A stretch of DNA of 51,512 nucleotides, taken from positions 1 to 51,512 of the IMG/VR virus record IMGVR_UViG_3300006918_000003; one strand, written 5' to 3'. Positions 35,037 to 44,069 of the stretch are shown piece by piece (the first letter of the stretch is position 1; every line of letters starts with the position of its first letter). Under the pieces are notes generated by a model, which had not been told where the DNA came from, did no database searches, and was given only the letters and a program-made list of their open reading frames with translations. Source of the stretch: a virus (lineage: Duplodnaviria > Caudoviricetes). A program made the translations under genes and the position numbers.

Positions 35037-35785
35037 ACTTTCCTTCCATAGTTAGGTAAGGTTACTCCCCCTTGTAATCTCCAAGCCTCTTGACTCATAC
35101 GCCTACGTTGAGTTACAGAATGCTGCTCAGCCTTTGGATTAGGAGCTTGTTTAAGGACAACAAAAGCAACAGATTTTGCTTCATTGAGTAGATAACTAAA
35201 AGATTGCACAGGGAGGTCAGGGGTGAAGCTATCTTCCATTGTCCATGTAGGATAGAGCTTCCCATAACCTTGTGTCTTACTTTCTTGTAGTGTATTGTCT
35301 ACAACCGAATCATAGGAATCAAAGATTACATGTTCATTATCAAATGATGTATAATAAGTGGGGGCTACATCATTTAGAATGTTAAGAGTTACATCCGAGT
35401 CATCTGTGACACTAAGAACATTACTTGCATCGCTATGTCTAGTGTCTAACAGCCTCATGAAATCTTCAGGAGTCTTATAAGTTATATTGATAAACTTATC
35501 ATAGGTGTTACCTGATTCTTTCTTGTTGTACTTAATATAATTGAGCTTTATAACATTGTCTGGAAGCCTCATATGTGTAGGCTTATTAGCATCACCAGAA
35601 GGCTCTAATTGAAAGAACTGATTTAGATGAGGCCAGTCCTTCCCGTCAATTATATTGAAGTATGTCGTCTTAACAATCTGGGCTACCTGTAAGGATTCAA
35701 CAGTATCAGAGATACTATTAACCTCATCAGAATCTAAGTCTGACAAGATATCTTGTACAATCTCTAATAAAGACATTGAAGCCAT
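35033..35785 (-). CDS. Tail adaptor / tail tubular protein A
   Basis: LLEIVQDILSDLDSDEVNSI N-terminus; size and synteny. Confidence 0.78.
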   Translation of the reverse strand: MASMSLLEIVQDILSDLDSDEVNSISDTVESLQVAQIVKTTYFNIIDGKDWPHLNQFFQLEPSGDANKPTHMRLPDNVIKLNYIKYNKKESGNTYDKFINITYKTPEDFMRLLDTRHSDASNVLSVTDDSDVTLNILNDVAPTYYTSFDNEHVIFDSYDSVVDNTLQESKTQGYGKLYPTWTMEDSFTPDLPVQSFSYLLNEAKSVAFVVLKQAPNPKAEQHSVTQRRRMSQEAWRLQGGVTLPNYGRKV

Positions 35786-36345
35786 TATTGAATCCCCAAA
35801 CCAGATAGACCAAGGAAATAGTTGTAAGTTAGAACATCACCACTAGCCCCATCATTTCTTATGTAGATTTCGAAGTAATCGTTTTGGGTTGCTAGTACAT
35901 CAGCAAAAGTAACTAGGTTTGCCTTGGTTGCAGTAATAGTTGATATTTGTCCTTCCGATGAAGCAACAATTGCACCATTCTTATAGATGGCAATGCGAAT
36001 ATCCCTATTAGCACCAGAAGCTTGGCTAATAAATAAATTAGCAGTGATTCGAACTGGCTTAGTTGTAGTGCCAGTATATGTAAGCCGACCTGTGGTGGCT
36101 TCTGTAACCTCACGGGGGAATCCACTAGCTGTGGTTGTGGGGGCTACTTTAGTATAAGAAGAGGGATAAGATGTAGTAAGTGGAGCGGCTATATTAGAAA
36201 AGATAACTGATCCACGTGGATCAATAATATGCCAAGTACCACTTCCAGCACCATTAGCAGCATACACTTGACCTAACGTAGCACTCTCTACCCCTTTAGG
36301 CTCATGTATATCTGGATCAGTAATTGCAGAATGTTGTATTGCCAT
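35785..36345 (-). CDS. Virion structural protein (short fibre/head appendage-like)
   Basis: HEPKG N-terminal motif and C-terminal beta-sandwich (AIYKNG...NDYFEIY). Confidence 0.6.
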   Translation of the reverse strand: MAIQHSAITDPDIHEPKGVESATLGQVYAANGAGSGTWHIIDPRGSVIFSNIAAPLTTSYPSSYTKVAPTTTASGFPREVTEATTGRLTYTGTTTKPVRITANLFISQASGANRDIRIAIYKNGAIVASSEGQISTITATKANLVTFADVLATQNDYFEIYIRNDGASGDVLTYNYFLGLSGLGIQ

Positions 36346-36355
36346 TTATTATTCC

Positions 36356-36392
36356 AATAAAAAGGGGAGCAGGAGCGCCAGCCCACTCCCCT
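36356..36392 (-). terminator. Intrinsic terminator after the capsid genes
   Basis: Minus strand AGGGGAGTGGG-CTGGCGCT-CCTGCTCCCCT followed by TTTTATT. Confidence 0.82.
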
Positions 36393-36409
36393 AGCCACCT
36401 AAAAACTAA

Positions 36410-36907
36410 TTACATTCCTTGCTTGATGTACTCTACGATCATGCGGGCTTTACCAGCAGTAAGATCAGCAGTTGTCGGAGTTACAACCAATTCACCCGCA
36501 GACGTACCAATTGTCTTACCTACCAATGCACCAGCCGTACCACTAGCACCATCGATAATTGCACCTGCTACCGCAATGGCCGTTTGAGTTGCTTGGGCTG
36601 CTGTAATCAAACCATCATCATCAATGGCTGTACCATCCGATTTCTGCAAACCAACCGTAAGATCGGTAAGAGTAGAAGTAGAGGTAAACGCAGTGATGAT
36701 TTGCAACTTAGCACTAAGAATAGTTGCATTGGCCGGGATTACATATTCCAAACCATTCGTACTAGCATCAGGGAGATTATCATAATCAAATGTCCATACA
36801 ACCGTTTTGATTACGGAATTAGCAATATCTCCACCGTACTTCTGTTCAATCTCACGGGGGCCATAATGATTAAGAACCCCACGAATTGCTTGATTTTCAA
36901 AAGACAT
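36410..36907 (-). CDS. Capsid decoration/minor capsid protein
   Basis: Directly follows the MCP before the terminator; Ala/Gly/Thr-rich beta protein. Confidence 0.65.
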   Translation of the reverse strand: MSFENQAIRGVLNHYGPREIEQKYGGDIANSVIKTVVWTFDYDNLPDASTNGLEYVIPANATILSAKLQIITAFTSTSTLTDLTVGLQKSDGTAIDDDGLITAAQATQTAIAVAGAIIDGASGTAGALVGKTIGTSAGELVVTPTTADLTAGKARMIVEYIKQGM

Positions 36908-36922
36908 AATTATAATTCCTTA

Positions 36923-37918
36923 TTAGTAAGTGAGACTTGTGGTGAAGACAACACCAACCGTATCCGTACGTTGCAAACCCATACCAAAGCGAGAAGTTAC
37001 TTGGAAGTTATCACGCCGATTCTCATGATCCCTCCAACCTTCTGTCTTAGGCTGACGCCTCCAAGCGTGCATGACAGGCTTCACATTGTCATCAGCAACA
37101 CACATGAAGATGTTAGCAACGTCACCAATTTCTGCCGTATCATTAGCCAGACCATAGGACGAAGCATTCAATGCCTCAGTAGCCGTCTTGGTGGGCAAGA
37201 AGTTAGAAGTCCAGATATCCCAACCAAAGATATTCTTAATGAACTTATGCTCACGCACAAAGCCCTCATTTACGATACCGTCGAACATGGGGTTATTACT
37301 TACATTGACCAAGTTCGTCAAGCTATTAATGGTAGCTTCGACAATAGGATCAACAATAGCAATACGGCCACCAGCAGGGACGCCAGCCTTATCAAACGAG
37401 AGTTTCATAGCAATGAAGTCACTCAACGTCATGATCCGATTGGATGCACCCGAACCACCAGCTACCCAACGATGAGGGCGACCATTGACCAAATTCACAT
37501 TAGCCAAAGTTTGACCCGAACCAGACTCCGAAGCAGCAATAGCCAAGAAGCGAGACTCATGATGAGTACCCAATGCACGTGTAGATTCTACACCACGCAT
37601 ACTCATGAGAGTTTCAATCTGAGAACCATCCTCACGAAGGTCGTCAGTTACACTCCAAGCATCACCCACATAGTCAGTGATTGTCAGAGTGATCGTACCG
37701 GAATCAATTTGATTGAAGGCCAGAGGGGTTTCTTCTTCAGCCTCTTGAATCGTTACCGTACCAACTGTTTTAATGTTAAGCGTCGAACCTTTTCCAAAGT
37801 CCGATACATCGCGCCACATACCTTCCGGGAGGGAATAGGTTTGCAGATTGTCCAGAATGAACTGACTATATTGTTGTGCTTCAATAAAGGCAGTTGTATT
37901 GCCAAGGTTTTGAGACAT
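36923..37918 (-). CDS. Major capsid protein
   Basis: 331 aa after the scaffold; TAAAGGA RBS; FIEAQQYS, FGWDIWTSN; synteny. Confidence 0.88.
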   Translation of the reverse strand: MSQNLGNTTAFIEAQQYSQFILDNLQTYSLPEGMWRDVSDFGKGSTLNIKTVGTVTIQEAEEETPLAFNQIDSGTITLTITDYVGDAWSVTDDLREDGSQIETLMSMRGVESTRALGTHHESRFLAIAASESGSGQTLANVNLVNGRPHRWVAGGSGASNRIMTLSDFIAMKLSFDKAGVPAGGRIAIVDPIVEATINSLTNLVNVSNNPMFDGIVNEGFVREHKFIKNIFGWDIWTSNFLPTKTATEALNASSYGLANDTAEIGDVANIFMCVADDNVKPVMHAWRRQPKTEGWRDHENRRDNFQVTSRFGMGLQRTDTVGVVFTTSLTY

Positions 37919-37934
37919 GATATTCCTTTAAGAG

Positions 37935-38642
37935 TTAAGTATTTTCCAATGATTTTTTAACTTTCTCTCCTGCTTTCCTCCAAGCATCTACTACATCACG
38001 TGTACTAGAGCCTTGGACTTTTGCAGAAAGATCAGTATTAGGTTGACCACCTATTGCATTTGGATTAACATCACTTCTAATTTTACCCGGTACATTTGGG
38101 GTAGAAGGTTTGTCAATACCAGCGAGTCTAAGAACCGCCGCAGGAGAAGTAGCCGCCAATCTATTTAGTTCTTGTACAGATAATCCTGCATCCTGTGCTA
38201 CTTTATTATATTGAACTTCAGCTTTATCACCGAATAGTTCTCTAAATGTGAATACAACTTTACCTGTATTAAGACTTGCTGCTTGTTGCTTTTCTTTTTG
38301 GCTTATTACTTTTTCTACGAGTTGTACTACAGTGTCTTGGTTTAGCCCATCTGTAGGAGTGGTCTCTCCTTGAGGAATACCAGACTTAAGTTCATCCAGA
38401 AGTTCTTGGGTAGTGCGTCTTTTCTCCAAATCAGACCTAAGAGTAGCTAGTTCTTCTTCTAACTTAGAGATATGTTTATATTGATGCGGCACAGCCGCTA
38501 ACGCCTTCTCTACCGTTGCGTACTTCTTACCCTCTCCTACCAATTCAGCTAGTTCGGGTGGAATAGTTGATGTTGGGGTTTGGGGTACTACAGCCGGTGG
38601 CGCTTGGTCAGCTTCACCATTAAAAATTGTTTGCTCAGACAT
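37935..38642 (-). CDS. Capsid scaffolding protein
   Basis: Coiled-coil with VGEGKKY motif, between portal and MCP. Confidence 0.8.
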   Translation of the reverse strand: MSEQTIFNGEADQAPPAVVPQTPTSTIPPELAELVGEGKKYATVEKALAAVPHQYKHISKLEEELATLRSDLEKRRTTQELLDELKSGIPQGETTPTDGLNQDTVVQLVEKVISQKEKQQAASLNTGKVVFTFRELFGDKAEVQYNKVAQDAGLSVQELNRLAATSPAAVLRLAGIDKPSTPNVPGKIRSDVNPNAIGGQPNTDLSAKVQGSSTRDVVDAWRKAGEKVKKSLENT

Positions 38643-38866
38643 TATTTCCCTTGGTCAGGTATGAAATCTAAAATCTTATCAGCGAGTTTTAAGCTACCCA
38701 ATAGGAAGGCTTGTCGTTCAGACCATGCAGGGGAATCAAATGACTCATCTGCAATCATCTTCCTATGGATTAAAGCCACTTCCTTACTAATGTAATTCTT
38801 AAGTATTAATAGAGCTTCTTCTTTAGATATATTAGAAGCTTCCTTTGACTTCAATGAATTTAACAT
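38642..38866 (-). CDS. Small hypothetical protein between portal and scaffold
   Basis: 74-aa ORF; FDSPAWSERQAFLLG. Confidence 0.65.
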   Translation of the reverse strand: MLNSLKSKEASNISKEEALLILKNYISKEVALIHRKMIADESFDSPAWSERQAFLLGSLKLADKILDFIPDQGK

Positions 38867-38868
38867 AT

Positions 38869-38897
38869 ATTATATCATAATATCACTTGAAAAGCAA
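38869..38897 (-). promoter_or_regulatory. Sigma70-type late promoter for scaffold/capsid genes
   Basis: Minus strand TTGCTT-17 nt-TATAAT with extended TG-n (ATGATATAAT). Confidence 0.75.
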
Positions 38898-38900
38898 CGT

Positions 38901-40679
38901 CTATTGTGGTATAGGGCCACCACCAAACATATCTTCCTCAACTGGTGTTGCTTCTTCAGTCTCTAAGGTACGAGATACTTGGTTCATTAGACGTTGAGTT
39001 TCTGCTTGTTCCATTACTGCTACATTCTCTTTAATGATTTGGAACTTAGAGAATCCCATTGCTTCCTCAATCAGTTTAGCCAGTGACTTAGAAGATGTAT
39101 GAGGTGCAATGACTTGTCCGATAGGACTGTTATATACTCCCATTAGGTTTTGAATCAACTGTGCCCTAGCAGCATAATGACGTGATCCCATTGGACGCAG
39201 CTTTCCTTTGGCAGTGATATCTTCTTTAGTGATACTAATAAAGTCACTCACACCAAGGTCATCATCCATTACACGAATAACATCCCCTGTATTAAGATTC
39301 CTACGGGAGACCTCAAGCATTAAGTTTACAACCTTCTCAATAAACTGTATCTCAAACTTATTGGTTTTATGATGAAAGATACGGGCAGCAGCATTATCTA
39401 ATTGCTGTACTTCAAAGGCTGTCTTCTCTCCCGGAGTCCTAACACCCATAGCTTGTTTAGGAGCACCAGCCATTTCCTCCATGAGAGCCATTAGATTGGC
39501 TATCTCATTGTTAACTTGAAAGGCAGCAGGGTTAGGAGGAAGAAGAGATACATCACCATCTTCAGGAATATGAATGGTAACTCCCGGTGCCCATGTGAAT
39601 GGTTCTACTTCACCCTTCAATCCAATAGGGGGCAGAATAGTTAAGTCAAGGGCGTCAGCCTTAAGGTTCTCTAAGTGGTCTAGACGATATTGCATACCCA
39701 CTAGATTATCCAATGGCCCCATACCATACAGATTGTCGGGCCTATCCCTCCAACCTACATGGGCCTTGGTATCTTTACCTATCCAACTAGGATTGGCAAT
39801 GTTTCTAATAACAAAGGCACGATCAACAATAGTAATGATCCTATTCTCATAGAGTTCATCACTATTTGTATCGTAGTAATCCCCTTCAAATTCTATTATC
39901 TCTACCAGACCTGATCCATAGTATTCTGAAAGAGAACCAAAGCCATCAGCAGTGAATCCTTCAGCCTTATTAACATCTTCCATTCTGAAAGAGGTCATAG
40001 ACTTCCGAAGACTAATACTCTTATTAAATACAGCCTCATCAAACTGAAGATCAGGACGACTTCTTATTTCTTTTTTAAGCTCTCCTATACTCTTGAGATA
40101 ACGTGTAAATTTAGGAGACTCTTCGAAGGAAGGGGCAGCAGGATTAAATACTATATCATATGGGGATTGCCTTACCAGCTTAGGCCCAATGTAGTTAATG
40201 GTTTCTTCACCTGTATTAGGATCAACAGTAACATCATAAATCCATTGCACTTCCCCTATAGCATTCCCATAGTCAATGAAGTCATATAAGCATTGGGATA
40301 CAGTCTCTCTAAAACCAGACAGACGGCATTTATTCTTTATGTATGCTGTGATAGCTAGACGTTTCTTTTTAGATACAGAGTCAGCATCATCACCATCCCA
40401 GATAAGCCAGTCTTCATTAGGGAACAGGGCATCCATATAGTTAGCATGGAGATTATCCCTGATCTGAGTTATCTTAGGTAAGGTAGTCTTATTCTTCCAC
40501 GGAAGACTACTATTGGTGGTTGTGGTAGTATCGGTGGCGAAGATATAATTACGTAACTCTTTCCACTCAGCCTCTTTCTCCAATCGCTGTATTCTCCAAC
40601 GATCATAAAGATGCACAAGCTGACGTGCTAGGTTATCCGCACCAATAACATTGCGGATTGCAGCTACTTTACCAGACAT
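38901..40679 (-). CDS. Portal protein
   Basis: 592 aa after TerL; LPWKNKT, DNLYGMGPLDNLVG, RTPGEKTAFEV. Confidence 0.88.
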   Translation of the reverse strand: MSGKVAAIRNVIGADNLARQLVHLYDRWRIQRLEKEAEWKELRNYIFATDTTTTTNSSLPWKNKTTLPKITQIRDNLHANYMDALFPNEDWLIWDGDDADSVSKKKRLAITAYIKNKCRLSGFRETVSQCLYDFIDYGNAIGEVQWIYDVTVDPNTGEETINYIGPKLVRQSPYDIVFNPAAPSFEESPKFTRYLKSIGELKKEIRSRPDLQFDEAVFNKSISLRKSMTSFRMEDVNKAEGFTADGFGSLSEYYGSGLVEIIEFEGDYYDTNSDELYENRIITIVDRAFVIRNIANPSWIGKDTKAHVGWRDRPDNLYGMGPLDNLVGMQYRLDHLENLKADALDLTILPPIGLKGEVEPFTWAPGVTIHIPEDGDVSLLPPNPAAFQVNNEIANLMALMEEMAGAPKQAMGVRTPGEKTAFEVQQLDNAAARIFHHKTNKFEIQFIEKVVNLMLEVSRRNLNTGDVIRVMDDDLGVSDFISITKEDITAKGKLRPMGSRHYAARAQLIQNLMGVYNSPIGQVIAPHTSSKSLAKLIEEAMGFSKFQIIKENVAVMEQAETQRLMNQVSRTLETEEATPVEEDMFGGGPIPQ

Positions 40680-42211
40680 TATATAATGCCTCCAAATCTA
40701 GGATGGGACTTAATATTTGATACCATGCTTTGTGAACTCCATTGTTTCGGTATAACTGAAATGCTTATAGCGTTAGCTAGTGCATCTTTAATATCATCAT
40801 GTGGTGGTCTACGCATAACTAATTCTTCTTCTAGGGATTGGCAGTTGCCTCCACGATAATGCCATACTTGCTGGTTGTCGTACTTTGGTTCTAGGATGGC
40901 AGCTATACGTTCTTCTTTAGCCCCCTCATGACGACTTGGGTTGTATTCATCAATACTGAGAGAAAGGCCATTTGGTTTAATATAACTCTCCTTCAGTTCC
41001 CCTACGATAGTGCGCTGTGCCACAGTAATCTCAGCCCTGATCTTTCTAAAGTTCCACTTCTGTTGGGCAGCTACGATATGGTTGTAGTATTCAACAATCC
41101 TATCTGTTTTGAAGCGATCTATATCAAGCACATAATAGTTACCTCCACCATCAACTCCAATTGTGACCAATGCAGTATAGTCAGCTTTTTTGCTAAGAGA
41201 AAAGGCGAAGTCAATAGCAGCATATATGTTTAGTTTACGTCCTTTAATGTACCATGTACCCTCTTCCTGCTTAAGTAGATTCCTTTCATAGTATTGGAAT
41301 TTATTGGCATCTATTGGTGCATTATCAGAGCTATTAGGATTGTTATAATATTGAGAGTAATACTGAGTGGTATCAACATATTTAGCTTTGATTCTTGCCA
41401 GTATTTTTGCATCAAATCCGAATAGAGCACCGTCTTGACGTTGCATACGAGGCCATAGAAATTCACCATCCGTTTCCACAACTCTTTGGAATACATCATA
41501 AACAGGGCTTTCATCTACAATCTCACCTTCATCATTGAATACAGATTCCTTCATTAGAAGGAGAGTATTATATAAATCTCTAGGATCGTATCTAGTTCCG
41601 AATACAGCTTCCTGTGCACCGGGATTCTCAATAGAGGCAAGCTGCGAATATAGAGCAGCTACTTTATCCCTACCTTCGTCTGTGTATGCATTTGTAGGAA
41701 CAACCAAGTCATCTAGAATAACTTTAGATGCATGGAATCCAGTGGTACTTCCGGTAATACCAGTTGCCTTAACTGTGGCATCACGGATACCCTCTTTCTT
41801 ACGAATAGGGTGATCCACACAGATTTCTTCTACAGCCCACTTCTCCCTCTTGCCTTCTTCAGGATGAATCATATCAGGCCAATAGCGCCTGTAGATTGGG
41901 CTATCTATAACCTGTTTGATTTGATATAATTGCTTCTCTGCTAATGGGGACGTGGCAGAAACATATAGAATAGTTTCAGATGGATCACGTGTAATCCACC
42001 AAGCTGCTAGATAAGCAGCAATTTTACTCTTCATATGTCCACGCGGAAGAAGGACAAGTTTATTATCCTTGCCTTCTATCCTAGTGAGCCATTGGGCTAG
42101 TTCGACATGAATAGACCCCATGAGAAGATATGGGGCTATTAGCCTAATAAAGAATACAAAGTCTTGTTCGGCTTGTATCCTTATTAGGTCTTTAGTATTA
42201 TTCATCGTCAA
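40679..42211 (-). CDS. terL: Terminase large subunit
   Basis: Walker A LPRGHMKS, Walker B ILDDLV, GTRY coupling motif, nuclease AIDFA and HDDIKDA. Confidence 0.92.
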   Translation of the reverse strand: MTMNNTKDLIRIQAEQDFVFFIRLIAPYLLMGSIHVELAQWLTRIEGKDNKLVLLPRGHMKSKIAAYLAAWWITRDPSETILYVSATSPLAEKQLYQIKQVIDSPIYRRYWPDMIHPEEGKREKWAVEEICVDHPIRKKEGIRDATVKATGITGSTTGFHASKVILDDLVVPTNAYTDEGRDKVAALYSQLASIENPGAQEAVFGTRYDPRDLYNTLLLMKESVFNDEGEIVDESPVYDVFQRVVETDGEFLWPRMQRQDGALFGFDAKILARIKAKYVDTTQYYSQYYNNPNSSDNAPIDANKFQYYERNLLKQEEGTWYIKGRKLNIYAAIDFAFSLSKKADYTALVTIGVDGGGNYYVLDIDRFKTDRIVEYYNHIVAAQQKWNFRKIRAEITVAQRTIVGELKESYIKPNGLSLSIDEYNPSRHEGAKEERIAAILEPKYDNQQVWHYRGGNCQSLEEELVMRRPPHDDIKDALANAISISVIPKQWSSQSMVSNIKSHPRFGGII

Positions 42212-42668
42212 GTTCTTTATCTACCCACTCTTTTACTGAGTCGAGTCCTTCACGGTCTTCGTCGCCTTCTTCAACGAGGCCTCTAACTGCAATTCTAAAT
42301 CCGTCAATCTCTCGCTCAACGATGGGCCAGTCGATTGTGGTTGTCTCGCCACCTCCGGTACATGTTTGAGGGGCTGCGGGCAAGCTGCGGCTACTGGTAA
42401 TCTGACGGCGCATCCTGTCATTATCAGACTGCAACTTAGCAATAGTAGTGCGCAGAGTTTCATCTACCTTCTCCTTATTATCCTTACTCTCTTTATCTTC
42501 TTTCTTCGTATCTTTCTCTTGGGCTTCTCCTACAATTTCTACACCCTTAAGAGATACTTCAGCTAATTCTAATTCAGTAGAGATTATCTTGGTATATACC
42601 CCTAGCCCTACCGTCAACAGAATCAAAGCTACACATAGCCAATGGATCGGATCAAAGTTCACCTTCAC
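42198..42668 (-). CDS. Rz: Inner-membrane spanin (Rz-like)
   Basis: N-terminal TM plus coiled coil, directly after the endolysin. Confidence 0.8.
   Translation of the reverse strand: MKVNFDPIHWLCVALILLTVGLGVYTKIISTELELAEVSLKGVEIVGEAQEKDTKKEDKESKDNKEKVDETLRTTIAKLQSDNDRMRRQITSSRSLPAAPQTCTGGGETTTIDWPIVEREIDGFRIAVRGLVEEGDEDREGLDSVKEWVDKELDDE
42233..42463 (-). CDS. Rz1: Outer-membrane lipoprotein spanin (Rz1-like), embedded in Rz
   Basis: Alternate frame fully inside Rz; signal peptide MKLCALLLLSCSLIMTG-C; Pro-rich mature part. Confidence 0.78.
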   Translation of the reverse strand: MKLCALLLLSCSLIMTGCAVRLPVAAACPQPLKHVPEVARQPQSTGPSLSERLTDLELQLEASLKKATKTVKDSTQ

Positions 42669-43122
42669 CCTCCTTAATGGCTGCTAAACAACCATCTCTT
42701 TCTTTCTCTCTCCTTCCTCTTAGTTCAGGGTTTTTAAGCCATCCCATCATGGCATTACAGGCTTCTTTATTCTTTCCTTGATTCAGAAGTTTAACTGTCT
42801 CTGATCGACAGTATCCAGCTACTCCTATGTTATATCCAAAGTGTACATGCCAGTCATACTCCTTTTGATACATTTCTACATTATCTCCAATACACTTCTT
42901 CATTCCTGCTGCATGTTTATTTTCTGCACTTTCAAGAAGACGTACTAGAGCTTTTTGAGGGGTTGTCTTATCTCCCGGTTTTACATTTTCTGTCTCTCCA
43001 TATCCTATAGTAGGGACTCCTACAGTATCTAAATAGGTTGTGAGGCGAAGCCCTTCGGAAGCGGCCAGCATAACAAGGCCAGCCGCTCCAAATCTAATAT
43101 ACTTAACAGGGATACGTGGCAT
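42652..43122 (-). CDS. Endolysin, GH24 lysozyme (possibly SAR type)
   Basis: E-x8-D-x5-T triad (EGLRLTTYLDTVGVPT); YNIG; weakly hydrophobic Gly/Ala N-terminus. Confidence 0.9.
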   Translation of the reverse strand: MPRIPVKYIRFGAAGLVMLAASEGLRLTTYLDTVGVPTIGYGETENVKPGDKTTPQKALVRLLESAENKHAAGMKKCIGDNVEMYQKEYDWHVHFGYNIGVAGYCRSETVKLLNQGKNKEACNAMMGWLKNPELRGRREKERDGCLAAIKEGEGEL

Positions 43123-43415
43123 TAGAAGATTAACTTCATCAAGCCAAAGGCAAGGTGTGCAGCTTGTATAACATCACCAATAACAAGCAAGGACAACCCG
43201 AAGCCTACAGCGATTGGCATAGACCATTTAGAAGCAGCCCAACGGACTAGCCACGGATCAATTGCTTTCTCTCCCACATTTAGATATTCTTGAATCTTCT
43301 GCAAACCTTGATTAGCAAATAACTTTGCTTCATCAAGACTAGTAGCATTAATAACACGGCTCAATACATCTTTTACATTTCCTACTACACTGGTTACACT
43401 CATTTTAAACTCCAA
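43122..43415 (-). CDS. Membrane protein, holin/antiholin candidate
   Basis: C-terminal hydrophobic segments; immediately upstream of the endolysin. Confidence 0.5.
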   Translation of the reverse strand: MEFKMSVTSVVGNVKDVLSRVINATSLDEAKLFANQGLQKIQEYLNVGEKAIDPWLVRWAASKWSMPIAVGFGLSLLVIGDVIQAAHLAFGLMKLIF

Positions 43416-43665
43416 TTAAAAAGGTTATCATTACTCCAACTACAGCACCCAACAGACTAAATCCTATATCCTTATTAAATAAGACTAATCGGTTGTGTTG
43501 ATACCACTCTCTCCCACAAGCAACCCCATAAGGAATTAGTATTGCAATGGGAATGGCCCACGGGTATAGTCTCCCTACCAAACATAGAAAAGCCAAGAAT
43601 GCACAATAAGTTATGTGCAATGACTGGTCTACTAACTCTTTATTATTAGTATAAAACTCACTCAT
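43405..43665 (-). CDS. Small multi-pass membrane protein, holin candidate
   Basis: About three hydrophobic segments in 86 aa. Confidence 0.5.
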   Translation of the reverse strand: MSEFYTNNKELVDQSLHITYCAFLAFLCLVGRLYPWAIPIAILIPYGVACGREWYQHNRLVLFNKDIGFSLLGAVVGVMITFLIGV

Positions 43666-44069
43666 AGTGTATTGGCTAAGACAAATAAAGCATCTACTTC
43701 TTCATGTGATAATGCTAACTCAATTCGAAGGGCCTCTACTAAGGGGTAGTCTCTTCGTACTCTCAGGCTGTATTCCCAATCTATCCTTGCAGCCTCTCCT
43801 TCCGCCCCTACTAATCCATTAATATAATCATTGGCATGTTGTAGGTGCCCCGATTGTAGAAGAGCTTTTCTTGCTTGGGCCATTTGAACATCAGTTGGTA
43901 CAACAACTTTTGTCGTCAATGCTACCTTCGCAGCATCTATTTGTGCCTTAGTTGGCTTAGGCTGATTGTATGACCAATCTTTTATATAAGGGCCAGTACC
44001 ATCATCCCTAAGAGAGAACTGAGAATCCAGAATACTAGGATAAATATGTTTAATAGCTTCGTATAACAT
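43662..44069 (-). CDS. Tail-fibre assembly/chaperone-like protein (XkdW-like N-terminus)
   Basis: AIKHIYP...LRDDGTGPYIKDW...PKPT; QARKAL...WEYS...VDALF; follows the fibre gene. Confidence 0.6.
   Translation of the reverse strand: MLYEAIKHIYPSILDSQFSLRDDGTGPYIKDWSYNQPKPTKAQIDAAKVALTTKVVVPTDVQMAQARKALLQSGHLQHANDYINGLVGAEGEAARIDWEYSLRVRRDYPLVEALRIELALSHEEVDALFVLANTL

Noticed and set aside
36908-36925. Stop-codon readthrough fusing the MCP to the in-frame decoration gene
   Set aside because: Two tandem TAA stops, and the downstream gene has its own TAAGGA RBS.
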